The translations under genes were made by a program, and so were the position numbers. A stretch of DNA of 64,000 nt, from NCBI GenBank assembly GCA_963702205.1, contig OY969724.1, forward strand, positions 1,504,001 through 1,568,000, written 5' to 3'. Of this stretch, positions 11,597-22,857 are shown one piece after another (the first letter of the stretch is position 1; the number at the start of each line of letters is the position of its first letter). Origin of the DNA: an uncultured candidate division Zixibacteria bacterium (GTDB taxonomy: Bacteria; Zixibacteria; MSB-5A5; GN15; PGXB01). The notes under the pieces are model-generated. The model did not search any database, was not told the DNA's origin, and saw only the letters and a list, made by a program, of their open reading frames with translations.

Positions 11597-12538
11597 ATGA
11601 CCGTTCTGGACAAATTTCTGCAGGGGGATCAGTCGGCACTGGCCCGTATTATTTCGTTTATAGAGGACCGTGAGGACGGCTATCAGAACCTTCTGTCCCG
11701 GCTTTATCCCAAAGCCGGGACGGCCAAAAGAATCGGCTTTACCGGTCCGCCCGGGGCGGGCAAATCATCTTTGGTCAACTGCCTGGCCAAGCTCCTTATT
11801 TCGAGAGGCCAGCGCGTGGCGGTGATCGCGGTCGATCCGTCGTCACCGTTCACCGGCGGGGCGCTTCTGGGCGACCGTATCAGATTGACCGATCTTCCGA
11901 TGGACAATTCCATTTATGTTCGTTCCATGGCGACCCGTGGATCCAGCGGCGGGCTGGCGGCGGCGACCAACAATGCCGCCATCGCTCTCGATGCTTTCGG
12001 ATGCGATTTTATTTTGATCGAGACGGTCGGAGTGGGGCAGGTGGAACTGGATATTGTCGATACCTGCGACGCGGTGGTCGTGACGCTGGTGCCGGAATCG
12101 GGCGATGCCATACAGGCGCTCAAGGCGGGGTTGATGGAAATCGCCGACGTATTCGCGGTCAACAAAGCCGACCGGCCGGGGTCGAAAAATATCGTGGCGG
12201 CACTGGAAATGATGCTCGAAATCAAGAGTGAAAAATCCGAGTGGCATTATCCGGTGGTGCCGACCGAGGCGATCAACAATAAAAATATCGACGTGCTTTT
12301 CGACAAGGTCGAAGCGTTCTTCGAATATTCGGTTCGCAGCGGGCATTTTGAGAGTCATCGCCGCGAGCAGATTAAAAAGAAAATCATCAGTATTTTGCAG
12401 TATCGTTTGAATGAACTTGTCAAAGACCGTCTGACGGATATGGCCGACATCGACAAGATGGTTCTCGATATTTATAACGGCCAGAACGATCCCTATACGG
12501 TCAGCGACAAGTTGTTCGAGATTTCGCAGGTAAAGTAG
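11597..12538 (+). CDS. meaB: Acyl-CoA mutase-associated GTPase MeaB/ArgK
   Basis: 'GPPGAGKSS', 'AVDPSSPFTGGALLGDRIR', 'IETVGVGQ', 'VNKAD'. Confidence 0.96.
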   Translation: MTVLDKFLQGDQSALARIISFIEDREDGYQNLLSRLYPKAGTAKRIGFTGPPGAGKSSLVNCLAKLLISRGQRVAVIAVDPSSPFTGGALLGDRIRLTDLPMDNSIYVRSMATRGSSGGLAAATNNAAIALDAFGCDFILIETVGVGQVELDIVDTCDAVVVTLVPESGDAIQALKAGLMEIADVFAVNKADRPGSKNIVAALEMMLEIKSEKSEWHYPVVPTEAINNKNIDVLFDKVEAFFEYSVRSGHFESHRREQIKKKIISILQYRLNELVKDRLTDMADIDKMVLDIYNGQNDPYTVSDKLFEISQVK

Positions 12539-12550
12539 GTTGAATTCTTA

Positions 12551-12823
12551 GTAGGTCAGGAGCCGTGCCGAAGACTCTGAGAGAAGCGAAGAGCGCCCCT
12601 GACACATGAAAAGTTCCGTCAGGTGTTGATCGCGGATTGTGTGGCCACCCCAAACTTTGTTTGGGGTGGTTTGGGACGCAAATTTCCCGAAATTAACCCC
12701 TCCAAATAAATTTGGAGGGGCCACACGCATCAGAGGGACTTATTTTAGCCCGTTGGGCGAAAAGATGTCAGGGGCTCCCTTCGCAAGGCTCACTTCGTAA
12801 GCTCAGCGCAGGCAGGACCTTCG
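12551..12823. repeat. Cluster of nested REP/REPIN-like palindromes
   Basis: Outer inverted arms GCCCCTGACA (~12595-12604) and TGTCAGGGGC (~12766-12775). Inner doublet 12639-12726 of two hairpins with ends GTGTGGCC...GGCCACAC. 12613-12630 matches the reverse complement of 30286-30303 at 17/18. Confidence 0.75.
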
Positions 12824-12941
12824 GGCGGCGGGGCACTTCTTCCGGTTAATCCGCTTCAATTTCCACCGATAAACATTACCCCTCCGTATTTCTAAGTACT
12901 TAAATGACCGCCGCTTAATGTGTCTGCGGCCGTGTGGGGGC

Positions 12942-12970
12942 TTGATTTTTGGCCGTGAATTGACTATTAT
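12942..12970 (+). promoter_or_regulatory. Probable sigma70 promoter of the mutase operon
   Basis: TTGATT-N17-TATTAT. Confidence 0.5.
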
Positions 12971-12998
12971 CAAAAACTAATCATTTTTGGAGAGAAGC

Positions 12999-14672
12999 AT
13001 GTTTGAGAAGAAATTTCTGGATGATTTAAAAAATAAAAAGTCCGAGTGGAACCATGAAGCCGAAAAAGCCCGGGGTAAAAAATCGCGTCCGAAATTTATC
13101 ACGGTTTCCGGTGAAGAAATAAACGAGCTTTATACACCCGAAGACGTCGCCAACATCGATTTCGAGCAGAAAATCGGCTGGCCGGGCGTGTATCCGTACA
13201 CACGAGGCGTGCATCACACGATGTATCGCACCCGCTACTGGACGATGCGCCAGTTTTCCGGTATGGGGACGCCGCGCCAAACCAACGAGCGCTATCACTA
13301 CCTGCTGAAAAACGGCCAGACCGGTCTTTCGGTCGCGTTTGACCTGCCGACTTTGATGGGTTACGACAGCGATCATGTCCGCTCGCTGGGCGAGGTCGGC
13401 AAATGCGGGGTGGCGGTCGATTCGCTGGCCGACATGGAAATCATATTCGACAAGATCAATCTCGGTGAAGTGTCGACGTCGATGACCATCAACGCCCCGG
13501 CCTCGGTGGTGCTGGCGATGTATCTCGGAGTGGCTGAAAAACAGGGCGTGCCGTTCGAGAAACTTCGCGGGACGCTCCAAAACGATATATTAAAAGAATA
13601 CATCGCGCAGAAAGAGTGGATCTATCCTCCGGAGCCGTCAATCCGGCTTATCACCGATATGATGGCTTTTTGCACCGAGCACGTTCCGCAGTGGAATACG
13701 ATTTCGATTTCCGGCTATCATATTCGTGAAGCCGGTTCCACGGCGGCCCAGGAGCTGGCTTTCACACTGGCCGATGGATTCTGCTATATCGAGGCGGCGA
13801 TCAAGGACGGGCAGGACGTCGATGCTTTCGCGCCGCGCCTGTCGTATTTCTTCAACGCCCATCAGGACTTTTTCGAGGAGATCGCCAAATATCGTGCGGC
13901 GAGACGCATTTTCGCCCGGCGTATGAAAGAAAAATACAAAGCCAGGAAAGAACGGTCGTGGCTTATGCGGTTTCACACCCAGACCGCCGGATGCAGCCTG
14001 ACCGCCCAGCAGCCGGAGAACAATATCATCCGTACGGCCTACGAAGGTCTCTCGGCGGTGCTCGGTGGGACACAGTCGCTGCACACCAACTCGATGGATG
14101 AAACGCTGGCGCTGCCGTCGGAGAAAGCGGCGCTGATCGCCCTTCGCACACAGCAGATTATCGCCCACGAAACCGGCGTGACCAATACCATCGACCCGCT
14201 GGCGGGATCGTACTTTATCGAAGCCCTGACCGACAAGATGGAGGCCGACGCCGAGGCGTATCTCGACGAGATCGACAAGCGCGGCGGCGTGCTCAAGGGC
14301 ATCGAAGAGGGATATTTCCAGCGCGAGATCGCCAACGCCGCCTACCGGTATCAGCGCGAAATCGAGCGCAAGGAAAGAATTATTGTCGGGATCAACGATT
14401 ATGTCATGGATAAAGAAGAAATCAACATCCCGATTTTGAAAATCGACGAATCCGTGGAAAAAGACCAGTGCGCGTTTGTCAAGAAAGTCCGTACTGATCG
14501 TGATAACGATAAAGTCAAGCGGACACTCGATGATTTGGTGACCTGCGCCAGGACGGGCGGCAATACGCTTAAGGCGATGCTCGATTGCGTGCGGGTGTAT
14601 GCCACCCTGGGCGAGATTTGCGACGCATTGAAACCGATTTTCGGGGAGTACATCGAACCGCCGATTATATAG
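12999..14672 (+). CDS. B12-dependent acyl-CoA mutase large subunit, isobutyryl-CoA mutase (IcmA) signature
   Basis: 'YPYTRG', 'WTMRQFSG' (Phe), 'KEYIAQKE' (Gln), 'GGTQSLHTN'; no B12-binding domain. Confidence 0.9.
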   Translation: MFEKKFLDDLKNKKSEWNHEAEKARGKKSRPKFITVSGEEINELYTPEDVANIDFEQKIGWPGVYPYTRGVHHTMYRTRYWTMRQFSGMGTPRQTNERYHYLLKNGQTGLSVAFDLPTLMGYDSDHVRSLGEVGKCGVAVDSLADMEIIFDKINLGEVSTSMTINAPASVVLAMYLGVAEKQGVPFEKLRGTLQNDILKEYIAQKEWIYPPEPSIRLITDMMAFCTEHVPQWNTISISGYHIREAGSTAAQELAFTLADGFCYIEAAIKDGQDVDAFAPRLSYFFNAHQDFFEEIAKYRAARRIFARRMKEKYKARKERSWLMRFHTQTAGCSLTAQQPENNIIRTAYEGLSAVLGGTQSLHTNSMDETLALPSEKAALIALRTQQIIAHETGVTNTIDPLAGSYFIEALTDKMEADAEAYLDEIDKRGGVLKGIEEGYFQREIANAAYRYQREIERKERIIVGINDYVMDKEEINIPILKIDESVEKDQCAFVKKVRTDRDNDKVKRTLDDLVTCARTGGNTLKAMLDCVRVYATLGEICDALKPIFGEYIEPPII

Positions 14673-14700
14673 CAATTTTATTTTAAACAGTATAGAGCCT

Positions 14701-15120
14701 ATGTCAGAAATAATAAGAGTACTATTGGCTAAGCCGGGTCTGGACGGACACGACCGGGGAATTAAAGTCATCGCGACCGCGTTTCGCGACGCCGGATTCG
14801 AGGTGATCTACACCGGGCTCCGTCAGACGCCGGAGATGATTGTCAACGCCGCCATACAGGAAGACGTCGACGCCGTCGGGGTGTCGATCCTGTCGGGCGC
14901 GCACATGACCCTGTTTCCCGCGATTAAAAAGCTCCTGGTTGAAAAGAAAGCCGAACACATCATCCTGTTTGGCGGGGGAATCATCCCGGACGAAGACATC
15001 AGGGCGCTGGAAGCGCAGGGTATCGACAAGCTGTTCACGCCGGGGGCGACGACCGAAGAGACGGTGGCATTTGTCCGCAGCGCCGTGACCCGCCGCAAGG
15101 ATAACGAAAAGATAATGTAA
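14701..15120 (+). CDS. Cobalamin-binding small subunit of acyl-CoA mutase
   Basis: '[10 protein letters not shown]', 'SILSGAH', 'GGGIIP'. Confidence 0.96.
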   Translation: MSEIIRVLLAKPGLDGHDRGIKVIATAFRDAGFEVIYTGLRQTPEMIVNAAIQEDVDAVGVSILSGAHMTLFPAIKKLLVEKKAEHIILFGGGIIPDEDIRALEAQGIDKLFTPGATTEETVAFVRSAVTRRKDNEKIM

Positions 15121-15173
15121 TATAAGGGTTGTACTAACGGTACGACCCGATAACCCATTTTTCGGGAGGAAAG

Positions 15174-16319
15174 ATGCGTTACAATGTTGACGAACGGCAG
15201 CAGGCCGTGAGGGACCGCGTAAAAGAATTTGCCGAAAAGGAAATCGTGCCGGTCTTCCAGGAACTCGACCGCAGGGAAGAAGCGTTTCCCAAAGAGTATT
15301 ATAAGAAGCTGGCCGCGGCGGGGCTGGTCGGATTCGCCATGCCCAAGGAGTACGGCGGCGGCGGATATTCCAATATCGAATACATTACGCTGGTCGAAGA
15401 ACTGAACTACTGGGATCCGCCGACCGGTTTGCTGGCGGCCGTCCCGGAACTGGCCGCCTTCCCGATTTTCGCATTCGGCACCGAAGAGCAGAAGAAAAAG
15501 TACGTCCCGAAATGCGCCAGCGGTGAAATTATTCCGGCTTTCGCTCTGACCGAGCGCGAGGCCGGTTCCGACGCCGCCAACCAGAAGACGGTGGCGATTA
15601 TCGACGGCGACGAGTTTGTCATCAACGGTGAGAAGATTTTTATCATGCACGGCGACGCCGCCGACGTCGCGGTTTTGTTCTGTCGTATCGGTGAGTCCGG
15701 CGAGGGCCGTCCCAAAGTGTCGGCTATCATCTGCGAAACCGACAAACCGGGCTGGAAGAAATTCACACTCAAGCACAAGATGGGTATGCGGGCCGCTACG
15801 ACGGGACGCATCGAAATCAAGGACTACCGCTGCCCCGTCTCCCAGCAGCTGGGCGAGACCGGTAAAGGTTTCCGCTATGCCATGGCGACGCTCGACGGCG
15901 CGCGTATCGGTGTGGCGGCGCAGGGTGTCGGCATTGCTCAGCGGGCGCTGGATGAAGCGGTCAGGTATTCCAAGGAACGCATCGCTTTCGGCGCGCCGAT
16001 TGCGAAACTCCAGGCGATACAGTGGATGATCGCGGATATGTCGACCCGTCTCGAAGCCGCTCGCGCGCTGACGTACAAAGCCGCCGTGATGCAGGACAAA
16101 GGGGAACATTTCTCACTGCAGGCGGCGCAGGCCAAACTGTTCGCGACCGAAGCGGCCGGGTTCTGTGTTGACCGGGCCATGCAGATTCATTCCGGTTACG
16201 GGTATATTGGTGAGTTTTCGATTATCGAGAAACTGTACCGCGACCAGCGCGTCACCGAAATCTACGAAGGTACTTCCGAAGTGCAGCGGCTGGTTATCGC
16301 CGGTAACCTCCTTCGATAG
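15174..16319 (+). CDS. Acyl-CoA dehydrogenase (short/branched-chain type)
   Basis: 'FALTEREAGSDA', 'NGEKIFI', 'KMGMRA', 'QIHSGYGY', 'IYEGTSEVQR'. Confidence 0.95.
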   Translation: MRYNVDERQQAVRDRVKEFAEKEIVPVFQELDRREEAFPKEYYKKLAAAGLVGFAMPKEYGGGGYSNIEYITLVEELNYWDPPTGLLAAVPELAAFPIFAFGTEEQKKKYVPKCASGEIIPAFALTEREAGSDAANQKTVAIIDGDEFVINGEKIFIMHGDAADVAVLFCRIGESGEGRPKVSAIICETDKPGWKKFTLKHKMGMRAATTGRIEIKDYRCPVSQQLGETGKGFRYAMATLDGARIGVAAQGVGIAQRALDEAVRYSKERIAFGAPIAKLQAIQWMIADMSTRLEAARALTYKAAVMQDKGEHFSLQAAQAKLFATEAAGFCVDRAMQIHSGYGYIGEFSIIEKLYRDQRVTEIYEGTSEVQRLVIAGNLLR

Positions 16320-16322
16320 TCC

Positions 16323-17156
16323 ATGAAATTCGGCTCGTTTGAAATATCACCCCTCGTCGAACAGACGTTTCAGCTCGACGGGGGGACCATGTTCGGGGTC
16401 GTCCCCAAGAAAATATGGTCCAAACTGGTCAGTGTCGATGACAACAACCTGGTTCCGATGCAGACCAATCTTTTCGTGATAAAAACGGACGATAAAAATA
16501 TATTATGCGATACCGGCTTCGGCGATTGTCTGACCGATCAGGAAAAGAAAATATACGCGGTCGTGAAGGCCACTAATATCGAAAAAGGTTTGAATGATAT
16601 TGGACCTGGTGCGGACGATATCGATTTTGTTTTTTTGTCGCACCTGCACACCGATCATGCCGCGGGAGCGGTCAAGTCTGAAAACGGTGGAATGGTTCCG
16701 CGATTCAGGAACGCCAAATACATAGTACAGAAACAGGAATGGGACGACGCCCTGCACCCCAACGAACGCACCGCGGCGGTGTATATTCCCGAGCGGTTGA
16801 GCGTGCTCGAAAGGGCCGGGCAGTTGATGTTGGTCGACGGTGACGTTGAAATCCTGCCGGGCGTACGCGCTATCAAAACCGGCGGCCACACGGCCGGACA
16901 TCAGGCGTTGGAAGTTACATCGGGCGGTCAGACGGTGGTGTACTATGCCGACATCGTCCCATCGTCGTACCATGTGAAAGTACCGTACGTTGCCTCGGTT
17001 GATTTGTTCCCGCTCGATACGATGGCGGTCAAGCGCGAGTTAGTTAATCGTCTGCTTGCAAACGGCGGTGCGATCGCGTTCGACCACGACACGGAAATAA
17101 AAATAGGTCGGTTGAACAAAAACGAACATAAAATTACGGTTGAGAAAATCGAATAG
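16323..17156 (+). CDS. MBL-fold metallo-hydrolase (YtnP-like)
   Basis: 'LDGGTMFGVVPK', 'SHLHTDHA', 'GHTAGHQ'. Confidence 0.9.
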   Translation: MKFGSFEISPLVEQTFQLDGGTMFGVVPKKIWSKLVSVDDNNLVPMQTNLFVIKTDDKNILCDTGFGDCLTDQEKKIYAVVKATNIEKGLNDIGPGADDIDFVFLSHLHTDHAAGAVKSENGGMVPRFRNAKYIVQKQEWDDALHPNERTAAVYIPERLSVLERAGQLMLVDGDVEILPGVRAIKTGGHTAGHQALEVTSGGQTVVYYADIVPSSYHVKVPYVASVDLFPLDTMAVKRELVNRLLANGGAIAFDHDTEIKIGRLNKNEHKITVEKIE

Positions 17157-17177
17157 CCTCAGGCGGCGGGGAAGGTT

Positions 17178-18728
17178 ATGTCACTTGACGATAGACTAAA
17201 AAAGCTCGATGAGATGCGTGAGCAGGCGCGTCTGGGCGGCGGGCAAACCCGTATTGAATCACAGCACGGCAAGGGCAAGCTTACTGCACGAGAGAGATTG
17301 GAACTTCTGCTCGACAAGAATTCGTTCGAAGAGTTCGACATGTTTGTCACTCACCGCTCATCCGATTTCGGACTGGCCGACCAAAAGATACTCGGAGACG
17401 GGGTCGTGACCGGCTGCGGAACGATCGACGGCCGCAAGGTGTTCGTGTTTTCTCAGGATTTCACCGTGTTTGGCGGATCGTTGTCTCACGCTCACGCCGA
17501 GAAAATCTGCAAGATAATGGACATGGCGATGAAAGTCGGGGCGCCTGTGATCGGCCTCAATGACTCCGGCGGGGCACGCATTCAAGAGGGCGTCGTCTCG
17601 TTGGGTGGCTATGCCGACATCTTCCTGCGTAATACGCTGGCGTCGGGCGTGGTGCCGCAGTTGTCGGTCATCATGGGTCCGTGCGCCGGTGGAGCGGTCT
17701 ACAGCCCGGCTATCACGGATTTCACCCTGATGGTGAAAAATACGTCGTACATGTTCGTGACCGGTCCCAACGTGGTTAAAACCGTAACGCATGAAGTGGT
17801 GTCGTCCGAAGAGCTCGGCGGAGCGATGACGCACGCCAGCAAATCCGGAGTGGCGCATTTCGCCTGTGAAAACGAAGCCGACGCCGTCACGACGCTGCGA
17901 AGTTTGTTAAGCTATCTTCCGCAAAACAACCTCGAAGAACCGCCGTTTGTCGAGACCGATGATCCCTGCGACCGCGAAGACGCGGCGCTGGATACGATCG
18001 TCCCGGAAAATCCGAATAAAGCGTACGATATGAAACTGGTCATCGCGCACGTGATGGATGACGGCAAATTCCTTGAAGTGCACGGTGAGTACGCCCAGAA
18101 TATAATTGTCGGGTTCGCGCGGCTGGGCGGGCGGTCGATCGGCATTATCGCCAATCAACCGGCGGTATTGGCCGGGTGTCTGGATATAAACTCCTCGCTC
18201 AAAGGAGCGCGGTTCATACGGTTCTGCGATGCCTTCAACATCCCGATTCTTACGTTCGAGGACGTGCCGGGCTTTCTGCCCGGGACAGATCAGGAGCACG
18301 GCGGAATTATCAAGCACGGTGCCAAGCTGTTGTACGCGTACTGTGAGGCGACGGTACCGAAGGTGACGGTCATTACGCGGAAAGCGTACGGTGGTGCGTA
18401 TGACGTTATGAATTCGAAGCACGTGCGCGGTGACATGAACTATGCCTGGCCGACGGCTGAAATCGCGGTGATGGGTCCCAAAGGCGCCGTCGAAATTATC
18501 TTCCGCAAAGAGATCGCCAAAGAAAAAGACCCTGAGGCGGCGGTCGAGAAAAAAACCGAGGAGTATCGTGAGAAATTCGCCAATCCGTTTATCGCGGCGG
18601 CACGGGGGTACGTGGATGATATAATTATGCCGCGCCAGACGCGGTCGCGACTGATTCGGGCGTTTCAGATGTTGGAGACAAAGAAAGACCAGAATCCGCT
18701 TAAAAAACACGGAAATATCCCGTTGTAA
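17178..18728 (+). CDS. pccB: Acyl-CoA (propionyl-CoA) carboxylase carboxyltransferase subunit
   Basis: 'GKLTARER', '[10 protein letters not shown]', '[12 protein letters not shown]', 'DVPGFLPG', 'KKHGNIPL'. Confidence 0.95.
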   Translation: MSLDDRLKKLDEMREQARLGGGQTRIESQHGKGKLTARERLELLLDKNSFEEFDMFVTHRSSDFGLADQKILGDGVVTGCGTIDGRKVFVFSQDFTVFGGSLSHAHAEKICKIMDMAMKVGAPVIGLNDSGGARIQEGVVSLGGYADIFLRNTLASGVVPQLSVIMGPCAGGAVYSPAITDFTLMVKNTSYMFVTGPNVVKTVTHEVVSSEELGGAMTHASKSGVAHFACENEADAVTTLRSLLSYLPQNNLEEPPFVETDDPCDREDAALDTIVPENPNKAYDMKLVIAHVMDDGKFLEVHGEYAQNIIVGFARLGGRSIGIIANQPAVLAGCLDINSSLKGARFIRFCDAFNIPILTFEDVPGFLPGTDQEHGGIIKHGAKLLYAYCEATVPKVTVITRKAYGGAYDVMNSKHVRGDMNYAWPTAEIAVMGPKGAVEIIFRKEIAKEKDPEAAVEKKTEEYREKFANPFIAAARGYVDDIIMPRQTRSRLIRAFQMLETKKDQNPLKKHGNIPL

Positions 18729-18733
18729 TTGTA

Positions 18734-20254
18734 ATGAAGTCGAAGATTAACAAAATACTGATAGCCAATCGGGGGGAGATTGCGATTAGAGTGATTCGGG
18801 CGTGCAAAGACGCCGGGATACAATCGGTCGCGATATATTCTGAGTGTGACTGTACTGCCCTGCACGTTCGTCTCGCCGATGAAGCGTACTGTGTCGGCCC
18901 GGCTCCGTCCAAAGACAGCTACCTCAATCAGCAAAAAATACTCGAAGTCATCAAAAAGTCCGGAGCGCATGCGGTGCATCCGGGCTATGGTTTTCTTGCG
19001 GAGAATGCATCGTTTGCAAAGCTGTGCGAAGATAACGGCATTGTATTCATCGGACCCAGGTCAGAGACAATTGCGCTGTTGGGCGACAAACTGGAAGCGC
19101 GTCAGACCGCAATCAAAGCCGGCTTGCCGGTCGGGGCGGGCACGGATTTCGATATCAAAGATATACCGAAAGCCGCCAAACTGGCCAAAGAAATAGGGTT
19201 CCCGATTCTGGTCAAGGCCGCGGCTGGCGGCGGCGGCAAAGGTATGCGCGTCATCCGCGAAGGCGACAATATTGTCGAGTCGATCGAGTCGGCCATACGC
19301 GAGGCCGGGTCGGCATTCGGCGACGGGCGTGTCTATTTCGAGAAGTATTTCGAGCGGCCGCACCACGTCGAGATACAAATATTGGCGGATCAGCACGGTA
19401 ACGTGATACATTTGAATGAACGCGAATGCTCAGTACAAAGGCGGCATCAGAAAGTGATCGAGGAATCGCCGTCACCGATCATGACCCCGGAACTGCGGCA
19501 GAAAATGGGCGGCGCGGCGGTCGAGATCGCCAAGGCGTCGAATTATGTCGGGGCCGGGACGGTCGAGTTTCTGGTCGACGACCAACTGAATTTCTATTTT
19601 CTCGAAGTTAATACGCGGTTGCAGGTGGAGCATACGGTGACGGAGATGGTGACCGGAATCGATATCGTGCGCGAGATGTTCCGTATCGCCGAGGGTCAGT
19701 CGCTGTCGTACCGTCAGGAAGACGTGCAGACGCGCGGTCACGCTATTGAGTGTCGCATCTATGCCGAAGACAGCGCCAACAATTTTATGCCGTCGACCGG
19801 GACGCTGAAAGAATACCGGGAGCCGACCGGTCCGGGAGTGCGTCTCGATGCCGGGGTAGTGCCGGGATCGGAAATACCGATTTACTATGATCCGATTATC
19901 TCCAAGATGATAGTCTGGGGCGAGGATCGCGAGCAGTGCATCGAACGGACGATTCGCGCGTTAAAAGAGTATCGTATATCGGGCGTATGTACTACGATCG
20001 ATTTCGCGCTGGCGGTGATGAAGAATGAATCCTTCGGCGAAGGCAAGTACGCCACGGATTTCATCGACCGGGAATTTCCGGACCGCAAATTTGGCAGTAA
20101 TCGCGATGAACTGGAACGCAAGGCCGCAATGGCGGCACTTGTATATGAGATGATGCGCCGTAACGGCAATGCCAATAATATGCATGCAAAAAGAGAGAGT
20201 CCGATCAGCAACTGGCTGGCACATTACCGCCGGGAAGGTATCAAAGGGCTTTAA
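18734..20254 (+). CDS. accC: Biotin carboxylase subunit
   Basis: 'KILIANRGEIA', 'HPGYGFLAEN', 'GGGGKGMR', 'ECSVQRRHQK', 'EVNTRLQVEH'. Confidence 0.95.
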   Translation: MKSKINKILIANRGEIAIRVIRACKDAGIQSVAIYSECDCTALHVRLADEAYCVGPAPSKDSYLNQQKILEVIKKSGAHAVHPGYGFLAENASFAKLCEDNGIVFIGPRSETIALLGDKLEARQTAIKAGLPVGAGTDFDIKDIPKAAKLAKEIGFPILVKAAAGGGGKGMRVIREGDNIVESIESAIREAGSAFGDGRVYFEKYFERPHHVEIQILADQHGNVIHLNERECSVQRRHQKVIEESPSPIMTPELRQKMGGAAVEIAKASNYVGAGTVEFLVDDQLNFYFLEVNTRLQVEHTVTEMVTGIDIVREMFRIAEGQSLSYRQEDVQTRGHAIECRIYAEDSANNFMPSTGTLKEYREPTGPGVRLDAGVVPGSEIPIYYDPIISKMIVWGEDREQCIERTIRALKEYRISGVCTTIDFALAVMKNESFGEGKYATDFIDREFPDRKFGSNRDELERKAAMAALVYEMMRRNGNANNMHAKRESPISNWLAHYRREGIKGL

Positions 20255-20266
20255 CGGGAAAAGAGC

Positions 20267-20782
20267 ATGGCGGAATCAGAAAAATATATAGTTACTGTCG
20301 ATGAAAAAGAGCACGAGTTGAGTATACAATCTCGAGGCGATGGCTTTCTTGTTATCAATGAGTCTGATGAATTCGATATAAAGGCCGAAAAACTTCCCGA
20401 TGGCAAATACCTGATGCGGTTTGGGGCCTCATCGGAAGAGACTATAATAAGCCCGAACGGCGGCTCTCTTAAAGTATTTCTGGGCGGTCAACAATTCGAT
20501 GTCCTGGTTGAATCACACAGCCTGGCCGAGTTGCGAAAGAAGGCGGGCGCGGCCTCAGGCGGAGTCAAAGATAAAATTATCAAAGCACCCATGCCGGGGC
20601 TGGTGCTGGGCGTTGAAGTCATGCCGGGCCATGAGATCAGGAAAGGTCAGACGCTGGTAATTATCGAAGCGATGAAAATGGAAAATATAATTAAGGCTGT
20701 AACGGCCGGCCAGGTCAGAGCGGTTTATGTGGAAACGGGGCAGGCGGTGGAGAAAAACGACAGACTGGTGGAGTTGGAATAG
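20267..20782 (+). CDS. Biotin carboxyl carrier protein
   Basis: 'APMPG...EAMKMEN' biotinylation motif. Confidence 0.94.
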   Translation: MAESEKYIVTVDEKEHELSIQSRGDGFLVINESDEFDIKAEKLPDGKYLMRFGASSEETIISPNGGSLKVFLGGQQFDVLVESHSLAELRKKAGAASGGVKDKIIKAPMPGLVLGVEVMPGHEIRKGQTLVIIEAMKMENIIKAVTAGQVRAVYVETGQAVEKNDRLVELE

Positions 20783-22349
20783 ATGACCGGCCCAAAAAAG
20801 ACAACCTCGGGAATAGAAGTTCCCGTGGTAGCTGAAACCAAAGCGGTCGACAGTATATTTGTCGGGCATCCGGGGAAGTACCCGTTACACCCGTGGAATT
20901 TATCCCGATATGTACCGTGGACGCCTGTGGACCATGCGCCAGTATGCCGGGTTCGGGACGGCCGAGGAAACCAACCGGCGTTTTCGTTATCTTCTGGAAA
21001 ACGGTCAGACCGGGCTGTCGGTGGCATTTGACCTGGCGACACAAATCGGCTATGACAGCGATCATCCCCTGGCCCGTGGCGAAGTAGGCCGTACCGGCGT
21101 CGCGATCGATTCGATCGAGGATATGGAGACGCTGTTCGACAAGATTCCGCTGGGCGAAGTGTCGACGTCGATGACCATCAATTCCACGGCGGTGATACTG
21201 CTGGCTATGTACATCGCGGTCGCAAAAAAGCAGGGTGTGCCACCGGAGAAAATATCGGGCACCATACAGAATGATATTCTAAAGGAATTTATCGCCCGCA
21301 AGACATATATCTTTCCCCCGGAACCGTCGATGCGCATTATCACCGATATTTTTTCATACGCCGGCGGTCATCTGCCGAAGTTCAACACCATTTCGATTTC
21401 CGGCTATCATATTCGTGAGGCCGGCTCCACCGCGGCGCAGGAGATTGCTTTCACCCTGGCCGACGCCAAATCGTACGTGGAAAGTGCCCTTACGGCAGGA
21501 TTGAGCGTCGATGATTTCGCTCCGCGCTTGTCGTTCTTTTTTGCCGCGCACAGCAATATTCTCGAAGAAGTCGCCAAATTCCGGGCGGCGCGGCGTATCT
21601 GGGCGAAAATTATGAAAGAGAAGTACAAAGCCGGATCTGATCGGTCGCTGCTGCTGCGTTTCCACACGCAAACCGGAGGATCGACCCTTACCGCTCAACA
21701 GCCGGAAAATAATATTGTCCGTACCGCCATGCAGGCGCTGGCGGCCGTCCTGGGCGGCACTCAATCGCTGCATACGAATTCGTTCGATGAAGCGCTGGCT
21801 CTCCCGACCGAGAAATCGGCGGAGATCGCTCTGCGGACCCAGCAGATACTGGCTTATGAATCCGGTGTAACCGATTCGGCCGATCCGCTGGGCGGGTCGT
21901 ATCTCGTGGAGTATCTCACCGATCAACTGGAAGCCAAAATCCTGTCTTTGATGGATGAAATAGATCAACGGGGCGGAGCCGTGAAATGTGTCGAGTCGGG
22001 ATATTTCAAAGACGAAATCGCCAAGTCGGCGTATAAGTATCAAAAGGCGATTGAAAGCGAGGAGATGACTATAGTCGGCGTGAATAAATTTAATTCCGAC
22101 CGTCCCGGCCCGACCGATATTTTAAAAGTAAATCCCGATTTGGAAAGAATACAGGTCGAAAAACTTAAAGCATTGAGAATGCGCCGGGGCAGCGAAAAAA
22201 TAGCAAAAGTCCTGAAAAAACTCGAAAACACCGCCCGGGGACAGGATAATATTGTTCCGGCGGTAATATCGGCCGTTGAAAATTACGCAACCGTCGGGGA
22301 AATCTCCGATTGTCTGAGAAATATCTGGGGTGAATATCATGAAAGTTAA
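20783..22349 (+). CDS. Methylmalonyl-CoA mutase large subunit (apparent +1 frameshift at ~20885)
   Basis: N-terminus 'TTSGIEV...GHPGKYP' in the 20783 frame joins '[24 protein letters not shown]' in the 20859 frame; Tyr and 'KEFIARKT' Arg are MCM signatures. Confidence 0.9.
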
Positions 22350-22857
22350 ATATCTTTTTGCCGTGGCCGCGATCATCGCTTTAATCGCTTCCTGTTCTCA
22401 AAAAGAAGCCTCGAAACCGTCCGATGGCGCTCAATATGCCGTCGGTTCCGACAAGGAACAGGTAAAGCATGACGTTTCTGATTTTTTCGACCGTATGCGT
22501 GAAGGCGACAAGACGGTGCTTTATGAGAACGAGTTTCCGTATTATAAGCAGTTGGCATCGCTCAATGACTATTATACGTTCGATCAGATTATGGCTTACC
22601 AGTATGACACGATGAAGGCCATGACGGTTGACAGTGTAACGATTATGGCCGATTCGGCCATAGCCTATATAACGGTTACCTACGAACTTCGTGCGGGCGG
22701 AGAAACCACGCAAGATTATCCGGTCCGTATGTACCGCTCCGGCGACCACTGGATTAAGCCCTCGATGTCGAACGTACGCCAGGAGGCGGAATACGAAGAT
22801 TTCAAAAGGGGTGAAAAAGAGGCCGAACAATACAACAATTCCGGGGGCGGCAAATGA
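22339..22857 (+). CDS. Hypothetical lipoprotein (possibly NTF2-like fold)
   Basis: Signal peptide with lipobox 'LIASC'; overlaps both flanking genes. Confidence 0.75.
   Translation: MKVKYLFAVAAIIALIASCSQKEASKPSDGAQYAVGSDKEQVKHDVSDFFDRMREGDKTVLYENEFPYYKQLASLNDYYTFDQIMAYQYDTMKAMTVDSVTIMADSAIAYITVTYELRAGGETTQDYPVRMYRSGDHWIKPSMSNVRQEAEYEDFKRGEKEAEQYNNSGGGK

Noticed and set aside
12880..12998. Cobalamin riboswitch upstream of the mutases
   Set aside because: No B12-box or GGGAA...GCCACTG core was found.
13638..16109. Long antisense ORFs (377 aa, 428 aa, and similar ones elsewhere)
   Set aside because: They are shadow frames of well-conserved sense genes, expected from GC-biased codon usage.
11355..20890. 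Programmed ribosomal frameshifting in recJ and the mutase
   Set aside because: No slippery heptamer, hungry-codon/stop context or stimulatory structure is visible; indel error is more parsimonious.
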